From Candidatus Omnitrophota bacterium (GTDB lineage: Bacteria > Omnitrophota > Gorgyraeia > Zapsychrales > Fredricksoniimonadaceae), in assembly GCA_028870995.1 (NCBI GenBank), contig JAGWOI010000004.1, positions 17,578 to 81,577 of the forward strand: a stretch of DNA of 64,000 bases. Reading direction: 5' to 3'. Shown piece after piece: positions 45,939 through 55,669 of this stretch. Numbering within the stretch: position 1 is the stretch's first letter; the number at the start of each line of letters is the position of its first letter. Made by a program: the position numbers and the translations under genes. The notes below the pieces were generated by a model. It was not told the origin of the DNA and ran no database searches. It saw only the letters and a list, made by a program, of their open reading frames with translations.

Positions 45939-46836
45939 ACTGTCCTTAAAAAGGACCTGTGCGGCCATCGGCATTTTTGATGGGGTGCACCGCGGGCACC
46001 AATACCTTGTCAAACAGATGCTGGCCACGGCCCGGCGTTTGAAACTCAAGCCCATCGTCATCACTTTTTTCCCCCATCCGGCCCACGTGCTCCGTCCGGA
46101 CATCTCCTTGGGCTATATCATCTCCTTGGAAGAACGGTTTGCGATGCTTAAAGCATTAGGGGTTGACACCTGCCTGGTTGTCAAATTCAACCGTGCCTTT
46201 GCCAAGATTTCGCCGGAGCAATTCGTCCGTGATATCCTGATCAGAAAACTTGATGTCAAAGCTGTCTTTGTCGGCGAGAATTTCCGGTTCGGCAAGGACA
46301 GGAGCGGCGGTGTCGCCACCTTCGAGCGGTCGGCCCAAGAGTACGGCTATGAAATGTACGCGGTGCGCGCCTTAAAACAAGGGCCTCACATCATCAGCTC
46401 CACCCTGATCCGGCAATTGATCGGTGAGGGGAAAATCGCGCAGGCCGCAAGGCTTTTGGGCCGCGGGGTCAGCGCTTCCGGCCCGGTGGTCAAAGGCGCG
46501 GGCCGCGGCCGCCTCCTGGGCTTTCCGACGGCCAACGTGGCTTATGAAGCGGACATTCTGCCGCCGCAAGGGGTGTATATCGTCGGTGTTCGTCTGGGTT
46601 CCAAAGACTACCCGGCCATGGCCAATATCGGCACGCGCCCTTCGTTTGAGGACAGATCCAAGCTTCATTTGGAGATCCATATCCTCGATTTCTCAGCAAG
46701 TCTTTACGGCAAACATTTGAAGGTGGAATTCCTCAAAAAGATCCGCAATGAAAAGAAGTTTCACAACCCTAAAGCCCTCGTCCGGCAGATCCAAAAGGAC
46801 GAAATCACCGCACGAAAGTATTTCAATATTATTTAA
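45907..46836 (+). CDS. ribF: Riboflavin kinase/FAD synthetase
   Basis: GIFDGVHRGH, ISSTLIR, GFPTAN, NIGTRPSF. Confidence 0.96.
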   Translation: MKIISLSGHSKLSLKRTCAAIGIFDGVHRGHQYLVKQMLATARRLKLKPIVITFFPHPAHVLRPDISLGYIISLEERFAMLKALGVDTCLVVKFNRAFAKISPEQFVRDILIRKLDVKAVFVGENFRFGKDRSGGVATFERSAQEYGYEMYAVRALKQGPHIISSTLIRQLIGEGKIAQAARLLGRGVSASGPVVKGAGRGRLLGFPTANVAYEADILPPQGVYIVGVRLGSKDYPAMANIGTRPSFEDRSKLHLEIHILDFSASLYGKHLKVEFLKKIRNEKKFHNPKALVRQIQKDEITARKYFNII

Positions 46837-46897
46837 GTTTTTTAAATTTTGTCCTTTAGAGGCGCCTAAAACCTGTCAAAAGTAGCTATTTTGTGTG

Positions 46898-46926
46898 TTG
46901 ACAAGGCCATGGCGCAGGTCTATACT
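46898..46926 (+). promoter_or_regulatory. dcw (Pmra) promoter
   Basis: TTGACA, 17 nt, TATACT. Confidence 0.85.
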
Positions 46927-46936
46927 TTGGTTGTAT

Positions 46937-46962
46937 ATGGAGTGAAGTGGAGGGAAGTGGAG
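46937..46962 (+). promoter_or_regulatory. MraZ-binding direct repeats
   Basis: ATGGAG, GTGGAG, GTGGAG at 10-bp period just before mraZ. Confidence 0.82.
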
Positions 46963-46965
46963 CCA

Positions 46966-47406
46966 ATGTTTTACGGTGAATACAGCCACGGTATCGATAC
47001 CAAGGGCCGTTTGATCCTGCCTGCGCGTTTCCGGATCGTTGCCAAGGAGAACGGGATCGACAAGTTTTTTGTCACCCGCGGCCTTGATAAATGCATTTTC
47101 ATGTTCGCGGAGAATGAATGGCGCTTGCAGGAAGCACGGTTCAAGAACCTCTCCTTTACCAAGGGCGAGGCGCGTGCTTTTAACCGCATGTTCTTCTCCG
47201 GTGCCGTTGAAGTGGAGCCTGACAAACAGGGGCGCTTCATCATTCCCCAATACCTTAAGGATTTTGCCGGCATCAAGAAGGATGCCGTGGTGATAGGTCT
47301 TTCCAACCGTATCGAAATTTGGGAAACCGCCGCATGGCGGGAGTTCTTTAACAAAACCAGCGGTGAGTTCGAAAAGACCGCGGAGCACATGCTGGATATG
47401 GGTTGA
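46966..47406 (+). CDS. mraZ: Transcriptional regulator MraZ
   Basis: MFYGEY..DTKGR, DKQGR, RIEIW. Confidence 0.96.
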   Translation: MFYGEYSHGIDTKGRLILPARFRIVAKENGIDKFFVTRGLDKCIFMFAENEWRLQEARFKNLSFTKGEARAFNRMFFSGAVEVEPDKQGRFIIPQYLKDFAGIKKDAVVIGLSNRIEIWETAAWREFFNKTSGEFEKTAEHMLDMG

Positions 47407-48308
47407 TGGAGCCTCAGAGCCCCGTCCATATATCCGTGATGCCTCAAGAGGCGCTTGATCTGCTGCGCCTTCCGCCCGGCGGCATTGCCGTTGACGGCAC
47501 CTTGGGGATGGGAGGGCATGCCCTCCTGATGGCCCGGGTTTTGGGGAACAGCGGACATTTGATCGGCATTGATCGCGACAACGCTTCTTTAAGGCAGGCT
47601 GAAAAGAAGCTTTCTTCTCTTGAGTTAAAGATTGATTTGTTGCAGGGAAGTTTCAGCAGGCTCGATATAATTTTAGCCGGCCTTAAAGTAAGCGCTGTCG
47701 ACGGTATTTTGCTGGACTTAGGCATCTCGAGTTTTCAGCTGGACGATTCGGCCCGTGGTTTTGCTTTCAGCAGCGAAGGGCCGTTGGATATGCGGATGGA
47801 TGCGGCGCAGACGACCACCGCGGCGGACCTGGTCAACACGCTCAAAGAGGTCCAGCTAGAAAGAATAATAGCGGAATTCGGCGAAGAACGCTTCGCCCGG
47901 CGGATCGCGGCGGCCGTGGTGATGAGCCGCTCCAAGGCCAGGATCGCCACGACCAGGGAATTGGCTGATATCATTTTGCGCGCCTTGCCCAGGGGTTACA
48001 CCCGCGGGCGTATCCATCCGGCCACCAGGACTTTCCAGGCCCTGCGCATCGCGGTCAATGGGGAATTGGACGAGCTGGCCTTGGGGCTGGATGTGTGCTT
48101 CAGGATGTTGAAGAAGGGCGGCCGGTTGTGCGTGATATCGTTTCATTCATTGGAAGACCGGCTGGTGAAGAATAAATTTAAAACGTGGGGGGCGGGGGAC
48201 GAAGGTCTGGTATTGACCAAAAAGCCTTTGACGGCAGCGGAAGCGGAGTGTGAAGGCAATCCCCGCAGCCGCAGCGCCAAATTAAGAGCGATTGAAAGGT
48301 TAAAATGA
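47406..48308 (+). CDS. rsmH: 16S rRNA m4C1402 methyltransferase
   Basis: DGTLGMGGH, DLGISSFQLD, HPATRTFQALRI, NPRSRSAKLR. Confidence 0.97.
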   Translation: MEPQSPVHISVMPQEALDLLRLPPGGIAVDGTLGMGGHALLMARVLGNSGHLIGIDRDNASLRQAEKKLSSLELKIDLLQGSFSRLDIILAGLKVSAVDGILLDLGISSFQLDDSARGFAFSSEGPLDMRMDAAQTTTAADLVNTLKEVQLERIIAEFGEERFARRIAAAVVMSRSKARIATTRELADIILRALPRGYTRGRIHPATRTFQALRIAVNGELDELALGLDVCFRMLKKGGRLCVISFHSLEDRLVKNKFKTWGAGDEGLVLTKKPLTAAEAECEGNPRSRSAKLRAIERLK

Positions 48309-48676
48309 GTTTAAAAGTCTATTTTAAAATAGCCATGTTCGTCACTATAATATCTTTGTTGTATATCCATATGCAGATGAAGATTTTTGAGTTATCCTAT
48401 AGGGACAAGGATAAAGAAAAGATCATCCATGAATTGAATGACAGCAATGGCTCCTTGAACCACCAGATTTTGACCATGGAATCCGCCAACAGTCTGGGCA
48501 ACCGGCTGCTGGACCATGACAGCAATTTCCAATTTATGGACAATCAACGGGTCATGACCGTGGTGGCCTCGGCCCAAGGCATGCCGCATATCAGCCAGCC
48601 CAGACCGAAGCCCGTTGGTCCTGCCTGGGGTTTGTTCTCGTTTTTAGGCGCTCAGGAAGCCAAGGCCTGGGAATAG
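48305..48676 (+). CDS. ftsL: FtsL-like cell division protein
   Basis: TM plus coiled coil between rsmH and the PBP gene (position-based). Confidence 0.6.
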   Translation: MSLKVYFKIAMFVTIISLLYIHMQMKIFELSYRDKDKEKIIHELNDSNGSLNHQILTMESANSLGNRLLDHDSNFQFMDNQRVMTVVASAQGMPHISQPRPKPVGPAWGLFSFLGAQEAKAWE

Positions 48677-48700
48677 ACACAAGACTAGCTAGAGGTTAAA

Positions 48701-50392
48701 TTGTTCCTTCGTAAGTATCCGCTCCGTTTCGCCGTAGTGTGCCTATTTTTATTTGCAGGTTTTGCTTACTCCGTCGGATTTCTCGTTTTTATCCAGATCT
48801 TCCGCTCCGATTATTTAAGCAATCTCGCCAAGCGCCAGCACGAGCATTCCATAGTCCTGGAGCCCCGGCGGGGGACCATTTATGACCGCAACATGAGGCC
48901 GCTGGCGATCAACCTGCCGGTTTATTCCATTTATGCCAATCCCAAGATCATGCGCCGGCCGCATGATGTGGATGTGGCGGTGGCAAAATTGTCCGTGATT
49001 TTGAAGACGGATCCCCGGTTGATCCGTGAAAAACTTGAAAAGGATAAATATTTTGTTTGGATTCAGCGCAAGGTGCCGCAGGATGTCTTCCTGCAGGTCA
49101 ATGCGTTAAAGCTTGTCGGCATCGGGTTTATTAAGGAAAGCAAACGTTATTACCCCAACCAAACCCTGGCCGCGCATTTGATCGGATTTGTCGGTATTGA
49201 CAATAACGGCCTGGACGGCCTGGAGCGCGATTATGACAAGTACCTGCGGGGAAAGCCCGGGCATGCCATCATCCTGCGCGATGCCCGTTCCAGGGAATTG
49301 ATGTTCAACAAAGGGTATGTGCCGGCCGAGGATGGCTATAATATTGTCCTGACCATCGATGAAACGATCCAGTTTATCGCGGAGCGGGCCCTCGACGCCA
49401 TGTATAGAAAGTACAATTGCAAGGGCGCCAGTATCATCGTCATGGACCCGCGCACCGGTGAGATCCTGGCCTTTGCCAACCGCCCCACCTATAACCTGGA
49501 GCAGGTTTCCAAGAGCACGCCGGAATCACGTACCGACCGCGCCATTGTTTTTACCTATGAGCCCGGTTCGGTGTTCAAGATCATCACGGCTTCGGCAGCG
49601 CTGCAGGAGGGCGTCGTCAGGGAAGGGGACATGATCAATTGCGAGCACGGCGCCTGGCGCGTGGCCGGCCATGTCCTGCATGATGCCGAAAAGTTCGGCG
49701 TGCTGACCTTTAAACAGGTCATTGAGCAGTCGAGCAACATCGGTACCACCAAGGTGGCCATGCGCCTGGGACCGAAGCGCATTTATGATTATGCCCGCCG
49801 TTTCCGTATTGGGATGAAGACCGGCATCGACCTGCCCGGCGAAGCGTCAGGGATATTGAAACCCGTGAGCCGCTGGTCAAAAACCTCCATCAGCGCGGTG
49901 CCGATAGGCCAGGAGGTGACGGTGACCCCGATCCAGCTCGTCTGCGCCATGTCCGCCATCGCCAATGGCGGTGTTTATATGAGGCCGTACGTCGTCAAGT
50001 CCATCGTTGACAGCCAGGGTCATGTTCTTTATGAGCATAAACCTCAAATCCTGGACAAGGTCATAACAACGACAACGGCCAGACGGATGAAAGCCATTTT
50101 AGAGGGAGTTGTCAAGGAGGGCACCGGTGTCAAAGCCGCCATCCCCGGTGTTGTCGTCGCGGGCAAGACAGGGACGGCCCAAAAGGTGGTCAACGGCGCT
50201 TATTCCCATTCGCATTTTTATGCGACGTTCGACGGTTTCGCCCCGGCGGACCATCCCCGCCTGGCCGCGGTGGTGGTCTTCGACGACCCGCACCCGGCTT
50301 ATTACGGCGGTTCAGTGTCAGCGCCGGTCTTTTCCCAAGTCATTGGGGATTCCCTGAAATACCTGGCCTCGAGAGGCCCAAGCGGCGGTTAG
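48701..50392 (+). CDS. ftsI: Class B penicillin-binding protein FtsI
   Basis: RGTIYDRN, RYYP, PGSVFK, SSN, KTGTAQK. Confidence 0.93.
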   Translation: MFLRKYPLRFAVVCLFLFAGFAYSVGFLVFIQIFRSDYLSNLAKRQHEHSIVLEPRRGTIYDRNMRPLAINLPVYSIYANPKIMRRPHDVDVAVAKLSVILKTDPRLIREKLEKDKYFVWIQRKVPQDVFLQVNALKLVGIGFIKESKRYYPNQTLAAHLIGFVGIDNNGLDGLERDYDKYLRGKPGHAIILRDARSRELMFNKGYVPAEDGYNIVLTIDETIQFIAERALDAMYRKYNCKGASIIVMDPRTGEILAFANRPTYNLEQVSKSTPESRTDRAIVFTYEPGSVFKIITASAALQEGVVREGDMINCEHGAWRVAGHVLHDAEKFGVLTFKQVIEQSSNIGTTKVAMRLGPKRIYDYARRFRIGMKTGIDLPGEASGILKPVSRWSKTSISAVPIGQEVTVTPIQLVCAMSAIANGGVYMRPYVVKSIVDSQGHVLYEHKPQILDKVITTTTARRMKAILEGVVKEGTGVKAAIPGVVVAGKTGTAQKVVNGAYSHSHFYATFDGFAPADHPRLAAVVVFDDPHPAYYGGSVSAPVFSQVIGDSLKYLASRGPSGG

Positions 50393-50393
50393 C

Positions 50394-51869
50394 ATGCGTT
50401 TAAGCGAATTACTCGACGGACTCTATACCAAACCCATTGCCTTGCCATGGCAGGCTTTCGATGTCGCCGCCATTTCCTGCGATTCGCGTGAGGAACAAAA
50501 GGGCGGGCTGTTCGTGGCCCTGCCCGGGTTCAAATTCGACGGACGGGAGTTTATCGATGATGCCGTCAAGCACGGGGCAAGGATCGTTGCCGTCAAAGGG
50601 TGCCCCCCCAAAGGGGACAATATCCTTTCGGGGGACAGGACGCTTTATCTTGATGTCGAGGACCCGAAGCATTTCCTGCGCTGCCTTGCCCGACGGTTTT
50701 ACGGCACTCCTTCCGCGCGGGTCAAGTGTGTGGGCGTCACCGGCACCAACGGCAAGACAACCATCACGTACCTCATCGAATCCATTATCCGGGCCGCGGG
50801 CTCGCGCTGCGGCGTTATCGGCACCATCAACCACCGCATCGGCGATAAAATAATCCCGTCGAAAAACACCACTCCCGGCTTCCTGGACAATCAGCGCTAC
50901 CTGGCCCAATTGGCGGACGCCGGCGCCGATTATTGCGTGATGGAGGCCTCCAGCCATGCCCTGGACCAGGGGCGGCTTGAAGACATCCATTTTTCCGCGG
51001 GCATTTTTACCAATTTGACGCAGGACCATCTGGATTATCACAAGGACATGGAGGATTATTTCAGGGCCAAATCGCTCTTGTTCAGCAAATTGAGTTCATC
51101 ATCGACGGCGATCATCAACATCGATGACCCGTACGGCCAAAAACTCTTGACCCTGACCGGGTGCCCGGTCATTCCTTATGCCGTCGATACGCCGGCGAAG
51201 GTCCATGCCGCCAATATCCGCTACGATCTGGACGGCAGCCGCTTTGACATTATTTTTCCTGACGGCACCATCAACATCCATACCCGGTTTATCGGCCGCC
51301 ACAATGTGTACAATATCCTGGCCGCCTTTGCCTGGGGCATGAGCCAGGGGTTCGGTCCTCAAATCATCCGGCAGGGGATCGAGAAACTGCAGGCCGTTCC
51401 TGGCCGGCTTGAAGGGGTGGATAACGATCAAGGCATTTTCATATTCATCGATTACGCGCATACCGAGGACGGGCTGGTCAATGTGCTTAAGGCCTTAAGG
51501 GCCGTGACCAGTGAAAGGATCATTCTTGTCTTCGGCTGCGGGGGCGACCGGGACAGGAGCAAACGGCCCCAAATGGGCCAGGCCGCCTGCCGGCTGGCCG
51601 ATTATTCGATCGTCACCAGCGACAATCCCCGCAGCGAGGATCCTGCGGCCATCATCAGCGAAATCGTTGTCGGTTTTACCAAAAAGAATTTTGAAACCTG
51701 TATCGACCGTACCCAAGCCATCAGTCTGGCCCTTGAGATGGCGCAGCCGGGCCAGGTGGTCTTGATCGCGGGCAAGGGGCATGAGAATTACCAGATTTTC
51801 AAAGACCGTACCATCACCTTCGACGAACGGGACGTCGTCAGTCAATGTTTACAATCCAGGAAATCCTGA
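50394..51869 (+). CDS. murE: UDP-MurNAc-tripeptide synthetase (mDAP type)
   Basis: GTNGKTT, DYAHT, DNPR, AGKGHE. Confidence 0.96.
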   Translation: MRLSELLDGLYTKPIALPWQAFDVAAISCDSREEQKGGLFVALPGFKFDGREFIDDAVKHGARIVAVKGCPPKGDNILSGDRTLYLDVEDPKHFLRCLARRFYGTPSARVKCVGVTGTNGKTTITYLIESIIRAAGSRCGVIGTINHRIGDKIIPSKNTTPGFLDNQRYLAQLADAGADYCVMEASSHALDQGRLEDIHFSAGIFTNLTQDHLDYHKDMEDYFRAKSLLFSKLSSSSTAIINIDDPYGQKLLTLTGCPVIPYAVDTPAKVHAANIRYDLDGSRFDIIFPDGTINIHTRFIGRHNVYNILAAFAWGMSQGFGPQIIRQGIEKLQAVPGRLEGVDNDQGIFIFIDYAHTEDGLVNVLKALRAVTSERIILVFGCGGDRDRSKRPQMGQAACRLADYSIVTSDNPRSEDPAAIISEIVVGFTKKNFETCIDRTQAISLALEMAQPGQVVLIAGKGHENYQIFKDRTITFDERDVVSQCLQSRKS

Positions 51870-53224
51870 AAGCCGTTAAAGGGGACTTGCTGCAGGGGCC
51901 TGCCCGCGGCAGATGCGTTTCTGTCTCCATCGATTCGCGGCATGTCAAGAAGGGCCAACTATTCATCGCCATCAAAGGCGAAGTCTTCGACGGGCATGAT
52001 TTTATCGATCAGGTGACGGCCAGGGGCGTGCAGACCTTGGTCGTCCATAGGCCCATTGAGGTCAAGGACCCAAGGGCCAGCGTTATCCTGGTCAAGGATA
52101 CAGCCCATGCCCTTGGAGATGTGGCGCGCTATCACCGTCTCAGGTTTAAGATACCAGTCATTGCCCTGACCGGATCCGCCGGCAAGACAACGACCAAGGA
52201 GATGGTCGCGGCGGTGCTGGGATGCCGCTACAAGGTCTTAAAGAACGAAGGCACCCAAAATAATCATATCGGCGTGCCCCTGACCCTGCTTAAATTAAGA
52301 CCTTCGCACCGTATCGTTGTCCTGGAATGCGGCACCAACCAGCCAGGCGATATTGCCTGGCTGGCGGATGTGGCGCGTCCCACCGTCGCTGTTTTTACAA
52401 ACATCGGTGCCTCCCACCTGGAAAAATTGAAGACAACAGCCGGAGTTTTAAGGGAGAAATGGCGTTTGACGACCTTTTTGGGCCGCAAAGATAAGGTCAT
52501 TCTTAATGCGGATGATGTTCTTTTATCAAAACAGCAGAAGCGTCTAAGGCATCCTTTCAAGATCATGACTTTCGGGATCAACGCCAAAGCGGATTGGACC
52601 GCCCATGCTATTCATGTCCATGCCGGCCGGTATTTAAAATTCCGGATGGGGGACCGAAGCTTTGAGTTAAACTCCTGCGGGATAAACCATGTCTACAATG
52701 CTCTGGCCGCTTTTGCCTGCGGCCGCTTGTTTAAAGTACCGTCCCGGGATATCGCCCGCGCGCTTAGTCTTTTTGAATTTCCCCAGGGGAGAGGGCAGAT
52801 CCTGCGCCTGGGGAAAGGATGGATGATCAATGACACGTATAACGCCAATCCGGTTTCTATGAATTCGGCCCTGCAGACCCTGCAGGCCATTGAAACCCGG
52901 GGCCAAAGGATCTTTGTCGCCGCGGACATGCTGGAGCTGGGCGGGAAGTCCAGGCTGCTGCACCAGGCCCTGGGCAAGAGTGTGGTGAAGGCCGGGGTCG
53001 ATGTTTTAATCACCGTCGGAACCATGGCCCGGCTGGCGGCCCGAAAAGCCAGGCAGCTCGATAAAAAAATAAAGGTATTTGCTTGCGCCGACGCCCACTC
53101 CGCGCAAAAATACTTAGCAAAAATATTTCATAACGGGGACGCGGTCCTGGTCAAGGGTTCCCGTCGCATGAAGATGGAAGAGGTGGCTGAGTTTTTGCTG
53201 GCCTCTCCCAAAGGATCGGGTTAA
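51845..53224 (+). CDS. murF: UDP-MurNAc-pentapeptide synthetase
   Basis: GSAGKTTTKE, NDTYNANP, DMLELG, VKGSR. Confidence 0.96.
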   Translation: MFTIQEILKAVKGDLLQGPARGRCVSVSIDSRHVKKGQLFIAIKGEVFDGHDFIDQVTARGVQTLVVHRPIEVKDPRASVILVKDTAHALGDVARYHRLRFKIPVIALTGSAGKTTTKEMVAAVLGCRYKVLKNEGTQNNHIGVPLTLLKLRPSHRIVVLECGTNQPGDIAWLADVARPTVAVFTNIGASHLEKLKTTAGVLREKWRLTTFLGRKDKVILNADDVLLSKQQKRLRHPFKIMTFGINAKADWTAHAIHVHAGRYLKFRMGDRSFELNSCGINHVYNALAAFACGRLFKVPSRDIARALSLFEFPQGRGQILRLGKGWMINDTYNANPVSMNSALQTLQAIETRGQRIFVAADMLELGGKSRLLHQALGKSVVKAGVDVLITVGTMARLAARKARQLDKKIKVFACADAHSAQKYLAKIFHNGDAVLVKGSRRMKMEEVAEFLLASPKGSG

Positions 53225-54312
53225 TGTTTTACTTTTTATCGCAGTATTTTTATAATTCCACCCATTTTAATATTTTTCGTTACATCACCTTCCGCGCCGG
53301 TATGGCCGGGGTCACGGCATTTTTGCTGTGCATGATCTTCGGGCCGGTGTTTATCAAGTTGACCAGACGGCGCCGCATCGGTGAGTCGGCCAAGCGCCAG
53401 GACGCCCCGGGCCTTGACCAATTCCAGGTCAAAAAGGACGGTACGCCCACCATGGGCGGAATCTTTATCGTGGGCAGTATCCTGGCGTCCGTCATTTTAT
53501 GGGGCAATTGGTCCAACAGCTTCACGGTCATGACCGCCTGGGTCTGTGTTTCCTTCGCCCTGCTGGGCGGCTGGGATGATTATATAAAGCTCAAAGGGAT
53601 CGGTCCCCATCGCGGGATTTCCGCCAGAGTCAAGTCTTTTTGGCAGGTGACGATCGCCTTTATCGTCGGTGTTTTCGTTTATCTATACCCCTATATCACC
53701 ACCAACCTGGATGTGCCCTTCTTCAAGCATTTGATCATCAACCTGGGGCCGTTCTTCGTCTTCTGGGTGGTCCTGGTGGTCGTGGGTTCGTGCAATGCGG
53801 TCAACCTGACCGACGGGCTTGACGGCCTGGCTATCGGCTGCACCTTGATGGTGGCTTTCACCCTGGCCATTTTGAGTTACGTCACCGGCAACGTCGAGAT
53901 GAGCGGTTACCTGTACGTCACCTATGTGCCGGGCGCCGGGGAGCTGACCGTATTTTGTATGGCCATCGTCGGTGCAAGCCTCGGGTTTCTCTGGTTTAAT
54001 TCCTATCCCGCCACTGTTTTTATGGGGGACGTTGGTTCCCTGGCCCTGGGCGGGAGCCTGGGGATGATCGCGGTCCTGATAAAGAAGGAAGTATGGCTGG
54101 TGGTTTTGGGCGGTGTTTTCGTCATTGAGGCCGGTTCCGTGATTTTGCAGGTTTTTTCTTTTAAATTGACGGGAAAGCGCATTTTCAAAATGTCGCCTTT
54201 CCATCATCATTTGCAGTTGTCCGGTTGGAACGAGAACAAGATCATCGTCAGATTCTGGATTGTGGCCATTATCCTGGCCATGTTGACCATCACCACCTTA
54301 AAGATCCGGTAA
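53224..54312 (+). CDS. mraY: Phospho-MurNAc-pentapeptide transferase
   Basis: GTPTMGG, NAVNLTDGLDGL, FMGDVGSL, HHH. Confidence 0.97.
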   Translation: MFYFLSQYFYNSTHFNIFRYITFRAGMAGVTAFLLCMIFGPVFIKLTRRRRIGESAKRQDAPGLDQFQVKKDGTPTMGGIFIVGSILASVILWGNWSNSFTVMTAWVCVSFALLGGWDDYIKLKGIGPHRGISARVKSFWQVTIAFIVGVFVYLYPYITTNLDVPFFKHLIINLGPFFVFWVVLVVVGSCNAVNLTDGLDGLAIGCTLMVAFTLAILSYVTGNVEMSGYLYVTYVPGAGELTVFCMAIVGASLGFLWFNSYPATVFMGDVGSLALGGSLGMIAVLIKKEVWLVVLGGVFVIEAGSVILQVFSFKLTGKRIFKMSPFHHHLQLSGWNENKIIVRFWIVAIILAMLTITTLKIR

Positions 54313-54321
54313 GCGTTCGAC

Positions 54322-55584
54322 ATGTCATTTGTTAAAGGTAAAACAGTAACAGTCATCGGCGCTGCCAGGAGCGGGATTGCGGTCGCCAACGCGGTTTTGC
54401 GTCTGGGCGGGGCGGCCAAGATTTCCGAGAGCAAGCCGCTGGATGAGTTCAGCGGCCGGCTTAAAGAGTTGTCCGACCCCGTAGGCGTGCGCATTGAACA
54501 TGGGGGGCACACCAAAGCCTTTATTCAGGACAGCGACTATGTGGTCCTTAGTCCAGGCGTGCGCCAGGACGCCCAGCCGGCGGCATGGGCAAGGCAGCAC
54601 GGCCTGGAAGTGATGGGCGAGGTTGAATTTGCCTTTCGTTTGTGCCCTTGCCCGATCGTAGCGGTCACGGGCAGCAACGGCAAGACCACCACTTCGACGG
54701 TGATCGCCGAGATCATCAAGGCCGCCGGCCGTACGGTCGTCTTGTGCGGCAATATCGGCAGCCCTTTTTCCAAACATGTGCTGGACTTGAGACCCTCGGA
54801 TACTGTTGTTTTGGAAATCAGTTCATTCCAATTGGAAAGCACCATCCGTTTCAAGCCCTTTGTCGCCGTGTGGACGAATTTCAGCCAGAACCATCTGGAC
54901 CGTCATAAGGACCTGAAGGAGTATTTTGACGCCAAGACCAGGATTTTTGCCAACCAGGATGAGCATGATTTCGCCGTGCTTAATTTTCAGACCCCGGAAC
55001 ACCGGAAATTGGTAACGAAGTTGAAAGCTAATTTGCTTTTTTTTAACATACCTGATAAGCCGGTGGGCACGGACAACCCCAACTATATGGCCGCCATGCA
55101 GGCCGCGCACGCCTTGGGAATCAGCGGCGAAACCTGCCTCAAGGTGTTTAGCGAGTTCAAGGGGGTTGAACACCGGTTGGAATTCGTGCGGCAGCTGGAG
55201 GGGGTCGATTATATCAATGATTCCAAATCCACGACGGTGGAAGCCGGGCGCTGGGCCCTGGAGAGGATGAACAAGCCCATCATGATGATCTGTGGGGGGC
55301 TGGACAAGCATTTGGATTATGCACCTTTAAAGGCGCTGGTGGCCCGGAAGGTCAAACGCATGGAGGCCATCGGCCAGGCCCGCGAGATCATGAAGGCCAC
55401 CTTCAGCGATGTGGTTGCAGTGGACACCTTTATGTCCCTGGAAGAGGCGGTCAAGGCCGCCCGTGCTGCTGCCAGGCCAGGGGAGTGCGTTCTGCTTTCG
55501 CCCATGTGTGCCAGCTTCGACATGTTCACCGACTATGAGCACCGGGGAGCTTGTTTTAAAGAAATCGTTAACGGGTTGACCTAA
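54322..55584 (+). CDS. murD: UDP-MurNAc-L-Ala--D-Glu ligase
   Basis: GSNGKTTT, EISSFQL, NDSKST, LLSP.CASFD. Confidence 0.96.
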   Translation: MSFVKGKTVTVIGAARSGIAVANAVLRLGGAAKISESKPLDEFSGRLKELSDPVGVRIEHGGHTKAFIQDSDYVVLSPGVRQDAQPAAWARQHGLEVMGEVEFAFRLCPCPIVAVTGSNGKTTTSTVIAEIIKAAGRTVVLCGNIGSPFSKHVLDLRPSDTVVLEISSFQLESTIRFKPFVAVWTNFSQNHLDRHKDLKEYFDAKTRIFANQDEHDFAVLNFQTPEHRKLVTKLKANLLFFNIPDKPVGTDNPNYMAAMQAAHALGISGETCLKVFSEFKGVEHRLEFVRQLEGVDYINDSKSTTVEAGRWALERMNKPIMMICGGLDKHLDYAPLKALVARKVKRMEAIGQAREIMKATFSDVVAVDTFMSLEEAVKAARAAARPGECVLLSPMCASFDMFTDYEHRGACFKEIVNGLT

Positions 55585-55629
55585 GACGGGGACACTTCTG
55601 TCGTAAGTTAATACATTGCAATACGATAC

Positions 55630-55667
55630 TTAGAAACGGTCCAATACATTAGAAACGGTCCAATACA
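55630..55667. repeat. Perfect 19-bp tandem duplication
   Basis: TTAGAAACGGTCCAATACA x2 just before the ftsW ATG. Confidence 0.9.
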
Positions 55668-55669
55668 TT

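Noticed and set aside
51876-51890. AAAGGGGAC in murF as another palindrome copy
   Set aside because: No complementary arm; likely chance
55000-55110. murD as a pseudogene because its central domain looks short
   Set aside because: Frame is open and all catalytic motifs are present
55630-55667. CRISPR array
   Set aside because: Only two adjacent 19-bp copies, no spacers, no cas genes
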